DNA of 63,510 nucleotides, the filler included, from Octopus bimaculoides (Eukaryota), in the NCBI RefSeq assembly GCF_001194135.2. It is 8 parts of 8 records of this genome, joined end to end, with 100 filler letters (N's around TTAATTAATTAA, not from the genome) between each part and the next. Parts side by side here need not be neighbours in the genome. Positions count along the whole stretch, not along the records: positions 33,374 to 43,299 come from NC_068982.1; positions 43,400 to 57,662 come from NC_068983.1; 6 more parts are not named here. One strand, given 5' to 3'. The notes below the pieces were generated by a model that was not told where the DNA came from, did no database searches, and worked only from the letters and a program-made list of their open reading frames with translations. Shown here piece after piece: positions 35,975 through 49,016 of this stretch; position 1 is the first letter of the stretch, and each line of letters starts with the position of its first letter. A program made the position numbers and the translations under genes.

Positions 35975-36135
35975 CGATCGTTGAAGTTGATAGAAAAACA
36001 AAAGACGAAGACAGGTGTATGAACGACAAGCTGGTGTATTAGTTTGACGCTCTGGAAAAATGAGTCTTTTACGTTTCGAGCCGACGCTCTTCAACAGAAA
36101 AGGAATAAGGGGAAATAAACAGAAAGAGAATGAAA
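35975..36135 (-). mobile_element. Penelope-type tail with non-canonical hammerhead-like motif at 36064-36104
   Basis: Homologous to 42545-42710 (+); reads cctttt-CTGTTGA-A-GAGC(gtcg)GCTC-GAAACGTA-AAAG. Confidence 0.55.
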
Positions 36136-36139
36136 AAAA

Positions 36140-36420
36140 CTGGTAGAGCTCAGCGGTCCATGGGCTCAATATGATAAAGTCATGAGTTTGATACCTGACG
36201 GCTTATATCCTTAAGCAAGACACTTTATTTCACGTTCTTCCATTCCATTCAGTTGGCAAAAATGGGTTGTAGCTGTGTCACACTGAATCTCTCTCAGAGC
36301 TACATTAAGGGCACACGTGTCTGTGGAGAGCTCCATCACTTGCACGTTAATTTCACGAGCAGGTTCTTACGTTGATCGGATCAACTGGAAAAGTCATCGT
36401 TGTAGCCGACGGAATGCCAG
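36140..36420 (+). mobile_element. SINE family C variant
   Basis: tccttaagcaagacactttatttcacg..cacttgcacgttaatttcacgagcagg..gttgatcggatcaactggaa. Confidence 0.75.
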
Positions 36421-36766
36421 TGTAATATATCTCTTACACATATCAGATTATTGTATTTATATAATTTATGTATTACATTTATAAATTATATACAATATAT
36501 ATATATATATATTAGATAGCTTGATAGATATAAAATACGCACATAAGCAGTGAAATTCGTCCTATTACTGAGAAAAATTATAAAGCTAATTTCTCTCGTT
36601 TCATTAGGAAACACAATCAGAAGCACCACCACCACCACCACCACCACCTAGTGTTACGATCAATCGTTACATACGTCTTGCACGATTCAAAACTTCTTTA
36701 CGGAGGAGGACATTTAATTATTGCAGCAATTAAACGTTGTTCGTGCTGTATGGATGTTGAGTAAGG

Positions 36767-36779
36767 GCGCCATCTAGCG
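36767..36779. promoter_or_regulatory. Putative CTCF-binding motif
   Basis: GCGCCATCTAGCG (rc CGCTAGATGGCGC) matches the CTCF core and lies in non-repetitive sequence. Motif match only. Confidence 0.4.
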
Positions 36780-37459
36780 TCGGAGCTTTCACAGACGTAG
36801 ACTCAATCGAATTTCATTTGCTTATTAATTAACTCTCTTAACTAGCTTCTTAGAGGAACCTGAACAACGTTGCATGCTTCTTGACTGATATCAAACCGAA
36901 CGACTTAACATTGCAGCAACAGGCATATGCACGCGCATACACACACACACACACACACACACGCGCGTAGATGAGAGAAATTTTAATGAAGGTTAGCTTT
37001 TAAAGATCGACTTTGTTTTATTTACGTTTTCCTTTATTTATTTATTTTGGATTTGGTATTTTTGCGGTGGGGTGGGATGGCTAGTTAACTGGCACCTCAC
37101 GAGAACTACTTTGGTAAAATGCCAATAGAGGTTGATGTAAACTATAAGATATTTCTTGATTATCTAAGAATGGTAGAATCGGTAGAGCGCTAAGAAAAAA
37201 TTGTCTTGTCAAATTTGTCCGTTTCTTTATGTTCTAAGCTCAAATTCTCCCGAGGTCGACTTCAGTTTATGGGCACATGCTTAGAGTAGTTCCATTTACT
37301 CTGACCATTTTTTCCCCATAGACACCGGAGGTGAACCCTTCTCCAATCTCATTCTTTCCTAGTGGAATTTATAAAAGTGGATGAGGGCGCCATTGAAGAG
37401 GAAGGTGCCTGTCCTCAGCTGAAAGGAGTCCGTCATATATACATAAAAGTATATATATA

Positions 37460-37724
37460 TATGTATGTGTGTGTCCCCCCCCCCAACAACCGCTTGACAA
37501 CTGGTATTGATGTATTTACATAGCGGTTCGGCAAAGTGCCCGACAGAATAAGTACTAGGCCTAAAAGAAGATCTGGGGTCGATTCGTTCAAGTAAAACCT
37601 TTCAAGGTGGTCCTCTAGCATGGCTGCAGCCAAATGGCTTGAACAAATAAAAAAAATAAAACACACACAGATAGATAGATATTGATATAGAGATAGATAG
37701 ATAGATAGACAAATATAGATATAG

Positions 37725-37757
<33 letters not shown>

Positions 37758-38204
37758 TAGACGGAAATAGATAGATAAAGAGATAGAGAGGTGTAGTTAG
37801 ATGGAGAGAGAGACAGATAGATGTGTGTAAATATATATGTATATATTTATATATATACTTTACATGAGAGAAATTTTAACGGACCTTCGCTTTTAAAAGT
37901 CCGATATTTTGTTTTATATATTTTTTTCTTTCTTTCCGGTGTGTTGTTGGAATGGTGAGTGAACTGACACCTCCAGAATAAAATACTTTGCTTCCGTCTT
38001 TAGACTGCACCCGTTCCGGGGTACCGTCTTGAAGAATTTCCAGTCGACTTATTTTAAAACCTTATTTAAAACCTGGTACTAAGTCTGTCTTTTGCCGAAC
38101 CGCTAGGTTACGGGAATGTAAACACACCAACTCCAGTTCTCAAGTGGTGGTGGAGACAGACGTAAAGACTCGCGCTCACACACACACACACACACATACA
38201 CACA

Positions 38205-38235
<31 letters not shown>

Positions 38236-38330
38236 TTCCGTTTACCAGATCCACTCACAAGAAGACTAAAATAGCAGCCTAAGATGTCATGCAGTGGGAT
38301 TGAACCTGGAACCATGTGGCTGGGTTTCAT
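37460..38330. mobile_element. Two SINE family A remnants (37460-37650 +, 38040-38330 -) around (GATA)n
   Basis: cgcttgacaac..gcggttcggcaaa..gaataagtactaggc; cactcacaag..gcagtgggattgaacctggaaccatgtgg. Confidence 0.75.
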
Positions 38331-39003
38331 TTCTTTTTCTGTTTTACCTTGCTTTTCTTTATTCTTTTCTCCTTTCTCTTTCGTTTTCTCTTCGTTTTTC
38401 TCGTTCTTTCCTTCCACTTTGCCTTTTTCCATTTTTTTTTTCAATTATTATTTTATTCTAAGAAACTGTATTTCCCAATTTTCTTTTAATTTCTCGAAAC
38501 TTCTGTGAGAATATCTTGAGGGTAGATTCTTTGCCTCTATTAACCATTAATTAAATGTAACAAGAGTCTACTACTGCAACGATGGATTTTGTGTGCGTAT
38601 AAGCAATCGCTTGCTTGTGTTTTTCTCTTATTCAGGGCGAAGACGAGGGGAGGTTGAAGCAGGGATGAGTGGGCGGAACTGTCAGAGCGAGCAATTAAGG
38701 GTCTGATCCCACCCCGACACCATCACCACCATTCCCACAAGCACAACACCACCCTGCCATATCAATCCAACGAGGCCCACCCACTCCTACACATACACTC
38801 CACCAATTCACGCTCAAGCTTCAAATGACACTACTACTACTATTACCACTGCCACCACTACTACTGCTAATAATAATATTAATAATAATAATTGATAATA
38901 ATAATGATAATCTTCTGGAATCCACCCCTTGACTCCTTAACCTCTAAAACAACCAGCCACTCTACATCCCCCGCTAACAAAGGTTAACTCTTCGACCAAC
39001 CCA

Positions 39004-39041
<38 letters not shown>

Positions 39042-39538
39042 TGCTACTTCTTCGACCTCCCCTCTATCCACACCCACCTCTTATAAACTTCACCCCTTGC
39101 GTCACTCCCTATCCTGTCCCACCGCTCTTTGAGTTCCTCACACTTTCCGACGTTTGACTGGTTCTTATTCTTTCCCAGTTATTGCGTCGCGCCCCTCGTC
39201 GTCCCTGGGGCAAGAAAAAGAAAAAGGAAACTGGNNNNNNNNNNNNNNNNNNNNNNNNNNNNNNNNNNNNNNNNNNNNNNNNNNNNNNNNNNNNNNNNNN
39301 NNNNNNNNNNNNNNNNNNNNNNNNNNNNNNNNNNNNNNNNNNNNNNNNNNNNNNNNNNNNNNNNNNNNNNNNNNNNNNNNNNNNNNNNNNNNNNNNNNNN
39401 NNNNNNNNNNNNNNNNNNNNNNNNNNNNNNNNNNNNNNNNNNNNNNNNNNNNNNNNNNNNNNNNNNNNNNNNNNNNNNNNNNNNNNNNNNNNNNNNNNNN
39501 NNNNNNNNNNNNNNNNNNNNNNNNNNNNNNNNNNNNNN

Positions 39539-40800
39539 NACGTTCTGAGTTCAAATTCCGCCGAGGTCGTCTTTGCCTTTTATCCTTTCAGGTCGAAAAG
39601 CTAAGTAGTACTTGGGTACTGAGGTCGATGTAATTGGCTTAAGACCTCCATCGAATTTTCTAGCTTTGTGCCAAAATTTGAAACTACCATTATTATTATT
39701 ATTGAGTGAGAGAGCAGTGCGTGCTATCAAAGTGATACTGGGGTACAAATATACGAAGCCCAATATACCCCTCATGACGACCCGTCTGATAAGGGTGTGC
39801 CAGGCACATTCATCACAACATGGTGATCTCATATCAAGATTAACAGTGCATGACCTTACAGGTAGGGCCCAGTTGGAATTTTTAGGTCGAGTAGCTCACC
39901 CCGCTCAAAAGGTCCCTGAATAAGGTTTGTTTGGCAGGGGCAGTATCGAAATATCTTCATGTAATACAACACAGACATTTTAATGGATAGAGTTTTTCTA
40001 AGAATATGGGCAGTACTTGTTAGCACAATCTTTTGGATTTCTGAGACATGGTCATCCTGGGATCTTATCTAGATGTTTCTGACATCCCTTTTTTTAAAAT
40101 CACAACTAGGGTATCTACAATAATAATAATTGTTATCGTTGTTTAAAATTTTGGCACAAGGCCAACTTTTTTTTTTTTTTTTTTTGGTGGGGTGGCGGAG
40201 TGGAGGCAAGTCGATTAAATCCTCCTCGTGGGCTCAACTGTTATTTTATCAACCCCGAAAGAATGAATGACAAAGTCAAATTCCGCCGAGGTTGACTTCG
40301 CCTTTCATCCTCTCGGAGTCGATAAAATAAGTATCAATCAAGTACTGCAATCGATGTAATCGATTAACTTCCACCCGCTAAAATTGCTGACAGTGTTATT
40401 GTTCTTCATATTATTGTAGTTTTATATTATTGGTAACTAATGCCCTTAATTGCCATGGTAAGACGGCGAGCTGACAGAATCGTTAGCGCGCCGGACGAAA
40501 TGCTTAGCGGTATTTCGCCCGTCGTTATGTTCTGAGTCCAAATACCACCGAGGTTGACTTTCTGTCATCCTTTCGAGGTCGAAAAATTTAGTACCAGTGA
40601 AACACTGGGGTCGATGTAATCAACTAGTCCCCCATCCCCAAATTTCAGGTCTTGAGCCTAGAGTAGAAAGGGCTATTAATTGCCAGAGTCGGTAGAACAC
40701 TGAACAAATTAGTTTTAGTGATAATCCTTTATTTTCTGAGTTCAAACTCCTCTCTTGTCTGATTTCGGCTTTAGTTTCTCCGAGGACGATAAAATGAAGC
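39539..40800. mobile_element. Cluster of SINE family B copies in both orientations, plus a probable LINE 3' UTR ending in (AAT)n at 39690-39935 (-)
   Basis: SINE B modules at 39539, 40130, 40270, 40460 and 40690. The intervening segment ends ctctcactcaataataataat on the minus strand. Confidence 0.7.
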
Positions 40801-40919
40801 ACCAATCCCGCCCACTGACCCGACTTATTTTACTCCAGCTTTTGTTTGTCTTTATAGAATCGACAGATTGTTCGGGGTGGAGTCGGTTACGGGTGTGTGT
40901 GTTCTATCTTATAATTATT

Positions 40920-41730
40920 TTGGCCGTGTGGTAAGAAGCTTTGCTTCCCACTCACATGGTGTATGCGCACAATACATGGCTACGTGGTTACGGTCAAGTC
41001 GCAACAGTGGGACTTCGGGTTGAGTCACACTGCGTGACACCTTGAGCAGTCTCCTTCTGTTGCCCGAGTAGTCCGATGCCTTGTACATGGATTTGGTAGA
41101 CAGAAACTGTGTGAAGCCCGTCGTGTATGTGTGTATATATTTGTGCGCGTGCCTTTGTGCTTGTTTGTCCCACCACTGCCTGACAACCGACATTGGTCTG
41201 TTTACGGCCCTGTAATGCAGCAATTCCGGAAAAGAAGCGGATAGCATAAGTACCAGACTTTAAAAAAAAAAAAATTAAGTCCTGGGATCGATCTGTTTGA
41301 TTAATCCTTTCGAGACGGTGCTCCAGCCTGGCCGATGTGAAATGACGGAAACAAGTATAAGATAAGACAAGACACGTGTGTGGAAGAGAGAGAAAAAGTT
41401 AATGAATTGAAAGAACGATCGGTTAACCCTATTCATTCAACCTTAATGAATACCCTCACGTAATTAAGCCACAGAAATATTTTTGTAGGATAAATTCAAC
41501 CTCCTTGTAAGTAGATTTGGTAGACGGAAACTAAAAGAAACCCTTCATGTATATGTATGTATGTGCAGGAGTGGCTGTGTGGTAAAGTAGCTTGCTTACC
41601 AGCCACATGGTTCTGGGTTCAGTCCCACTGCATGGCACCTTGGGCAAGTGTCTTCTACTATAACCTTGGGCCGACCAAAGCCTTGTGAGTGGATTTGGTA
41701 GGCGGAAACTGAAAGAAGCATGTCGTGTAT
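40920..41730 (+). mobile_element. Two SINE family A copies (40920-41365, 41565-41730)
   Basis: gtgtggtaagaagctttgc.. and gcaggagtggctgtgtggtaaagtagcttgc heads. Confidence 0.85.
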
Positions 41731-42544
41731 GAATATATATATATATANNNNNNNNNNNNNNNNNNNNNNNNNNNNNNNNNNNNNNNNNNNNNNNNNNNNN
41801 NNNNNNNNNNNNNNNNNNNNNNNNNNNNNNNNNNNNNNNNNNNNNNNNNNNNNNNNNNNNNNNNNNNNNNNNNNNNNNNNNNNNNNNNNNNNNNNNNNNN
41901 NNNNNNNNNNNNNNNNNNNNNNNNNNNNNNNNNNNNNNNNNNNNNNNNNNNNNNNNNNNNNNNNNNNNNNNNNNNNNNNNNNNNNNNNNNNNNNNNNNNN
42001 NNNNNNNNNNNNNNNNNNNNNNNNNNNNNNNNNNNNNNNNNNNNNNNNNNNNNNNNNNNNNNNNNNNNNNNNNNNNNNNNNNNNNNNNNNNNNNNNNNNN
42101 NNNNNNNNNNNNNNNNNNNNNNNNNNNNNNNNNNNNNNNNNNNNNNNNNNNNNNNNNNNNNNNNNNNNNNNNNNNNNNNNNNNNNNNNNNNNNNNNNNNN
42201 NNNNNNNNNNNNNNNNNNNNNNNNNNNNNNNNNNNNNNNNNNNNNNNNNNNNNNNNNNNNNNNNNNNNNNNNNNNNNNNNNNNNNNNNNNNNNNNNNNNN
42301 NNNNNNNNNNNNNNNNNNNNNNNNNNNNNNNNNNNNNNNNNNNNNNNNNNNNNNNNNNNNNNNNNNNNNNNNNNNNNNNNNNNNNNNNNNNNNNNNNNNN
42401 NNNNNNNNNNNNNNNNNNNNNNNNNNNNNNNNNNNNNNNNNNNNNNNNNNNNNNNNNNNNNNNNNNNNNNNNNNNNNNNNNNNNNNNNATATATATATAT
42501 ATATGATCCCTCTAACCGGCATTCACCATGATAGAATGCTAGCT

Positions 42545-42710
42545 ACTAAACCTTTTTCTATTTTCTCTCCGTTTATTTCTGTGTTCCTTTCTGTTGAAGA
42601 GCATAGGCTCGAAACGTAAAAGACTTTCTCACTTCCCAAGCGTTTAAACTAATACATCTGTTTTTCGTTTACACACTCGTCTTCGTCTTTTATTTATTTG
42701 TAAATTCTCA
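42545..42710 (+). mobile_element. Penelope-type tail with non-canonical hammerhead-like motif at 42586-42624
   Basis: cctttCTGTTGAA-GAGC(atag)GCTC-GAAACGTA-AAAGAC; second copy of the 35975-36135 family. Confidence 0.55.
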
Positions 42711-42985
42711 CTATATATATATATATACATACTCACGTGTGTGTTTGTGTATACACACGCGCCCGCTCGCAATCGTCTTAATGATCCATAAGCCACAGAA
42801 AACAGGTACTCATATATTTGTCAATTAAGTGGATCTATTAATATACAATACCGTTCAGAGTTCTAGGTCCATTTCAGCCGATTTTGCCGACCAGTTTCGC
42901 ACATGAATTAGATGAGAGCCTAAAACAGCGCTCATACACTTCTCTTGGGTACTGTTCTACCCAGATCTTGTGTGCTCGGCCGTCT

Positions 42986-43203
42986 AAGGCGGTGAGCTGG
43001 CAGAATCGTTAGCACGCCGGGCGAAATGCTTAGCGATATTTCGTTTGTCTTTACTTTCTGAGTTCAAATTCCGCCGAGGTCAACTTTGCCTCTCATCCTT
43101 TCGAGGTCGATAAATTAAGTACCAGTTATATACTGGGGTCGATCTAATCGACTGGCTCCTCCCACCTAAAATTTCGGGCCTTGTGCCTAGAGTAGAAAAG
43201 AAT
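42986..43203 (+). mobile_element. SINE family B, full-length reference copy
   Basis: tRNA-like head aaggcggtgagctggcagaatcgttagc..ctgagttcaaattcc, central gcctctcatcctttcgaggtcgataaattaagtaccag (resembles the Meta/MESC-type central domain, from recall), tail gggccttgtgcctagagtagaaaag. Confidence 0.92.
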
Positions 43204-43240
43204 ATTATATCGTGTATGTGGGCGCGCACACATGTGTCAT

Positions 43241-43272
<32 letters not shown>

Positions 43273-43478
43273 AAAGATAGGATCCTAACACGCATCACTN
43301 NNNNNNNNNNNNNNNNNNNNNNNNNNNNNNNNNNNNNNNNNNNTTAATTAATTAANNNNNNNNNNNNNNNNNNNNNNNNNNNNNNNNNNNNNNNNNNNNT
43401 GTGCTCTACAAGTATTGAGTAATTCTTCAGTTTAATGTTTAAATGTTTTCATTATAATTCGATATAAAAAACAAGCAT

Positions 43479-43521
<43 letters not shown>

Positions 43522-43536
43522 TCAATTTTACTACAT

Positions 43537-43754
43537 GGTACACAAAGCACCAGCTTGCTAAAGAGTGGAAGTATAAACCTCCAACTTAACTACTAATCTT
43601 ACTGAACATATGTAACGGACCAACAGAAATTGGCCAAACGAGTGGAATTTAACATGCCCGAATTATGTTGGTTCATTACATATTTTCAGCAAGATTGGTG
43701 GTTAAGTTGGAGGTTTTTACCTCCACTTCTTAGTAAGCTGGTGTTTCGTGTACC
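43537..43754. mobile_element. Fold-back MITE-like element with about 90-bp inverted arms
   Basis: ggtacacaaagcaccagcttgctaaagagtggaagtataaacctccaacttaac.. versus the reverse complement of the right arm ggtacacgaaacaccagcttactaagaagtggaggtaaaaacctccaacttaac.. Confidence 0.8.
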
Positions 43755-43762
43755 TTCTAATT

Positions 43763-43954
43763 CTGTGGTTCCCAAACTTTGTGATGCCCCGCACCCCTAA
43801 AAAATTTTAATATGATTTCGCACCCCTTAAAGTAATAATTTATATAAGAATAAAGGTGCCCGGGGCAATTGCCCTCTTTGACCCCCTATAAATCCAGCCC
43901 TTCTCGAATCGAACCCACTGGAATACTTTCTCGCACCTCTGGTTGAAAACCCTG
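43763..43954. mobile_element. hAT (Charlie-like) MITE remnant
   Basis: ctgtggttcccaaact ... ggttgaaaaccctg, with flanks TTCTAATT/CTCTAATA (6/8). Confidence 0.55.
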
Positions 43955-44048
43955 CTCTAATATAATTAAGAATTTATTGTATAGCTAACATCGCTTGCTG
44001 CCACAAATATTATTGTTATTGCTATTATCAATTATTCAGATTTGCCCC

Positions 44049-44122
<74 letters not shown>

Positions 44123-44859
44123 TTAATAATAATAATAACAATTATAATAAAAATAATAATAATAGTAATTATTATTATTATTATTATTATTATAAAATTT
44201 TACGACTATTTATTTTGAATACTTACTCATTCTTATATATATATATATNNNNNNNNNNNNNNNNNNNNNNNNNNNNNNNNNNNNNNNNNNNNNNNNNNNN
44301 NNNNNNNNNNNNNNNNNNNNNNNNNNNNNNNNNNNNNNNNNNNNNNNNNNNNNNNNNNNNNNNNNNNNNNNNNNNNNNNNNNNNNNNNNNNNNNNNNNNN
44401 NNNNNNNNNNNNNNNNNNNNNNNNNNNNNNNNNNNNNNNNNNNNNNNNNNNNNNNNNNNNNNNNNNNNNNNNNNNNNNNNNNNNNNNNNNNNNNNNNNNN
44501 NNNNNNNNNNNNNNNNNNNNNNNNNNNNNNNNNNNNNNNNNNNNNNNNNNNNNNNNNNNNNNNNNNNNNNNNNNNNNNNNNNNNNNNNNNNNNNNNNNNN
44601 NNNNNNNNNNNNNNNNNNNNNNNNNNNNNNNNNNNNNNNNNNNNNNNATATATATATATATATATATATATAATTTGAGTTTATTCACTCTTATTCTTGA
44701 CTTTGGGTACTTTATTCTAAGTGACCAGACTTACCTTCCTTTTGAAATTCTCATTTTTTAGAATTATATACATAGATGCACACGCACGCACGCACGCACG
44801 CACTCGCGCACGCACGCGCACACACACAAAGACAGACACACACACATACATATCGTTTA

Positions 44860-45262
44860 CCTTTTATCTTTCACTTGTTACAGCCACCAGAGTGTGCTCC
44901 CGCGCTGGGTCACCGCCTCAGAGAACTTTTAGTCGAATAAATCGACCCCATTACTTACCTGTTTTCTTAGACTGCTACCTATTTTATCCGTTTTCTTGCG
45001 GAACCGCTAAGTTACGAGGACGTAAACACACCAACACCGGTTGTCAAGCGTTGGTGGGGATAAACACAGACACAAAGACACACACACACATACATATACG
45101 ACGGGCTTCTTTTTAGTTTCCGTCAACCAAATCCACTCACAGAGCCTCGGTTTTTCCCAGGACAATTGTAGAACACACTTACTTGCCGAATGTGCCACGC
45201 AGAGTGACTGAACTTGGAACTATGTGGTTGGAAAGCAAGCTGCTTACCACACAACCATGCCT
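44860..45262 (-). mobile_element. SINE family A variant
   Basis: gaaccgctaagttacgaggacgtaaacacaccaacaccggttgtcaagcg..aatccactcac..ccacacaacc. Confidence 0.8.
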
Positions 45263-47025
45263 GTTACAAACACGCACACACACAGACACACACATGCATA
45301 TATATACATTATGTAATACACGCACAAATGTTTTTAAATCAAGCGACCAATAAACTCCATATGAAGTTAACAGAGTACACCTTAGCGAATCTCAATTAAA
45401 GTACATCACAATGAGAGAACTAACCACATCACTCATTTTATCTCTCAGTAACCATATTATCTATCTCTATTCTATCTACCCAAATATTGTCATTTTGTAT
45501 CCTATTTTTTCCTCTCATTCATTATGTGATCACTCCATTTCAATTGCTCTATTTTTCTGTTTGATTTATTTCTATGAATATTCTTTTGTGATTGTCTGTT
45601 GCTTTCACTGCATCAGTTTTTTTTAATTTTTAATTTTGTACTTTCTCTTCGCTTTCTCTTTTACTTTCACTTTCTTTAAACCTGAGTGTTTCTCCTTCGC
45701 TTTGTCTTTTGTCTTCATGTTCTCTCATCTACCCTTCTCTTTCTCTCTCTCTATCATGCGCTGCCTACTCCATCAACTTTTCTTTCATGCTTTCTCTTAT
45801 TTTCCTCGTGTTTTCTCTTCGTTATTCATTCTTGTAAACTTTTCAATCTCCTCATTATCATAGTCCTCTATTCACCTCCGCCCCATACATTTCCACTGAC
45901 ATTTTCTGTCTCTACTCGAAGCGTTCTCAGTCTTTTCACCACTTCTCTATTTTAGTTCCCAAATATGTGTGCCTGTATGTGTTTTTCTCCATAAATTAAT
46001 ATACATGCATATATACATATATGCATGCATATATACATATATACACACACATTGCTATCTCTCTCTCTCTCTCACTCTCCTAACTTCGTATGCATATTAC
46101 CCACGTACATACACCCCCACACGCTATCTCTCTTTACTCTCCACTCATACACTTTCTAATTTCCTTTCTATTCCTCTCTCTCTATCTAATCTTCCCCTCC
46201 GATTTACTCTCAGTTCATTTGTCGTATTTCCTTTTTCTTTAACTTTTTCATCTCTCTTCTCTTCGCTGCTTTCCTCCTAATTTAATGCCTGTTAACCTCA
46301 AAGTCTCTCTTTCTCGCTGTCTTTCTTTTCCCTCTTTCATTTCTTCCTCCGCAAACCATTCTCCACGTCTTGTACTGTTCCTCTATCTCTCACTCTCCCC
46401 TTTTACTTTCATGTTCGTCTTTTCTTTCATACAGATTTTATGTCTGTTTGTCAAAAGAAAAGACAGCTCATGACCCTTTACAGGTCCTCTTGTACAGGTG
46501 AGAGGCAGGGAGGGAGGGATGGACGGATGGAGAAGAGGATTCTCTGACCAAAATCCCGACCTAACTACCTTTAGCGTGGACTCTGCTAAATCTAGTTTAG
46601 GTGGCAGGTTGTGGTGCTAAAACGTGTGATAGACAGAAAGCACTACGCAAGTACTTTACACAGAAAGCAAAGAGCGAAAACAAGGCACTTGACTTATATC
46701 TCTGCTAATCCATTGTCCTGGATTTGCTAATATTTTTAGCAACTTTGAAAGATTGAAAAACAGATTTGATTGAAGTAGGATTTGAACTCGTCGCGCCGAG
46801 AGTAAAAACAAATAACGCAATTCGCTCAATTCAACGCGCTAACGACTCCGCCAATTCACCCAATCACCTTGCTCTCCGCTTATAAATTCTTAAGCTTTCA
46901 CTTTTTCTCTTTCATTTTATTCTCTCTTTATTTCTTGCTACATTTTTCTCTATCGCATCACTTTCTCCTTACTCTCCACTTGCCTTATAATCTTTCTTTC
47001 TCTCTGTTTCTCTTTCCACAACTCT

Positions 47026-47421
47026 GGCGCAGGAGTGGCTGTGTGGTAAGTAGCATGCTTAACAACCACATGGTTCTGGGTTCATTCCCACTGCGTGACA
47101 CCTTGGCCAAGTGTCTTCTACTATAGCCTCGGGCCGACCAAAGCCTTGTGAGTGGATTTGGTAGACGGAAACTGAAAGAAGCCCGTCGTATATATGTATA
47201 TGTATATATATATGTGTGTTTATGTGTCTTTGTTTGTCCCCCCAGCATCGCTTGACAACCGATGCTGGTGTGTTTACGTCCCCGCAACTTAGCGGTTCGG
47301 TAAAAGAAACCGATAGAATAAGTACTAGGCTTACAAAGAATAAGTCCTGGGGTCGGTTTGCTCGACTAAAGGCGGTGCTCCAGCATGGCCGCAGTCAAAT
47401 GACTGAAACAAGTAAAAGAGT
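47026..47421 (+). mobile_element. SINE family A, full-length reference copy
   Basis: tRNA-like head ggcgcaggagtggctgtgtggtaag..gggttcattcccac, internal (TA/TG)n tract, tail ggcggtgctccagcatggccgcagtcaaatgactgaaacaagtaaaagag. Confidence 0.93.
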
Positions 47422-47874
47422 AACTCTATCCACTCTCCCCTTTCTCTTTTACTCTTCCACTTCACACTCTCCCTTTATCTCTTACTCTCTCCCTTTCCTC
47501 CTTTCTTTCCTTAACTTGTCCTATCACCTCCCCAATTCCTCTCCTTTAATTGTGTTCCGTTGTTCAACTTTATCCACTTCTTCTTCTCCCTATCTCTTCC
47601 TCTCTCTCTCATTACAATTTTCCTCTCAACGCCCTCATTCTTATTTCATATGAAACTATGGCTTTATCATCTCCCTATTATTCTTATCTCTCTCTTCCTC
47701 TTCACCTCCCCATTACACTCTTTCTCTCACTTTCACTCCTACTCTCTGTCTCTCCCTATTCTTCGGTTGTACTCTCCCCGCCTCTAACGTTCAATGTCAG
47801 ACACGCATACTCAAACACACATACACACGCGCGTATGGAAACGCACACACGTACACATACATAGGCTCACAACC

Positions 47875-47911
<37 letters not shown>

Positions 47912-48104
47912 GTGTCGCTGCAACTTCAGTTTCTACATCGTTATGTAGAGGAATCGTTCATATGTGTATGGCTTAAACTGGAGTACTGGAGTTTTAATTG
48001 ATATATCTATCCATCTATCTGTCAATCAAGTTACTCCAGTTATCTTTCAATCTACTCCTATATCTCTCTATCGCTGTCTTTCCCCCTCTCTCTCTCTCTT
48101 TCTT

Positions 48105-48161
<57 letters not shown>

Positions 48162-48167
48162 GCTTGC

Positions 48168-48224
<57 letters not shown>

Positions 48225-48983
48225 ATTACATACATAACATCAATTTATCTATCTAACTATTATGTATATATAATCTTCAAAAGTGTAACTCGGATTTACT
48301 ACTACTACTACTACTACTACTAGCATTGTTATTGCTATAATTGTTATTGATATCAACATTCCTATTACTGTAGAAATACAAATGCGACTACAATTACTAT
48401 AAAAATTACAAATCGGTAAGTTTCATTAATTTCTGTTACGTTGGTTTTGATCATTGTTATTATTTTTCTAATTGTTATTGTTTTTTTTATTGTTTACGTG
48501 TGTTTTTACGTACCCCCACCCCCACTGTCCCTTGTTTTATAACGTCCTTTTGTTTTTGTTGCGGTCCTTGAGGTCCATAAAGAAATTATTATAATTATAA
48601 TTATCATCGACTGTCCCCACGAAAAAAAAAAAAAAAAAAATTCATGCCTTGTGCCTTTAGTAGAAAGGATTATTACCTTTATTATTACCATTATTATTAT
48701 TATTATTATTATTAAATTATTTAATGATGTTATTTATCTTTATGTATTTTAACTACTTTAGTTGCTTGTGTTTCTTGTTGTTTTATACTTGACCGGAGTC
48801 AAACGTTGCCACCGTCGTCATCATCGCTGTCATTGTTGTCGGTGTTATCACCATCATCCGCACACCATCACCAGCACCATGCTTCCTTCTCACATCATTT
48901 TTATTATCATCGTCGTCATCGTTTACTTCAGCATCACCACCGTCATTATCAATAACACTATCCATCTCTTTCTCCACATTATT

Positions 48984-49016
<33 letters not shown>

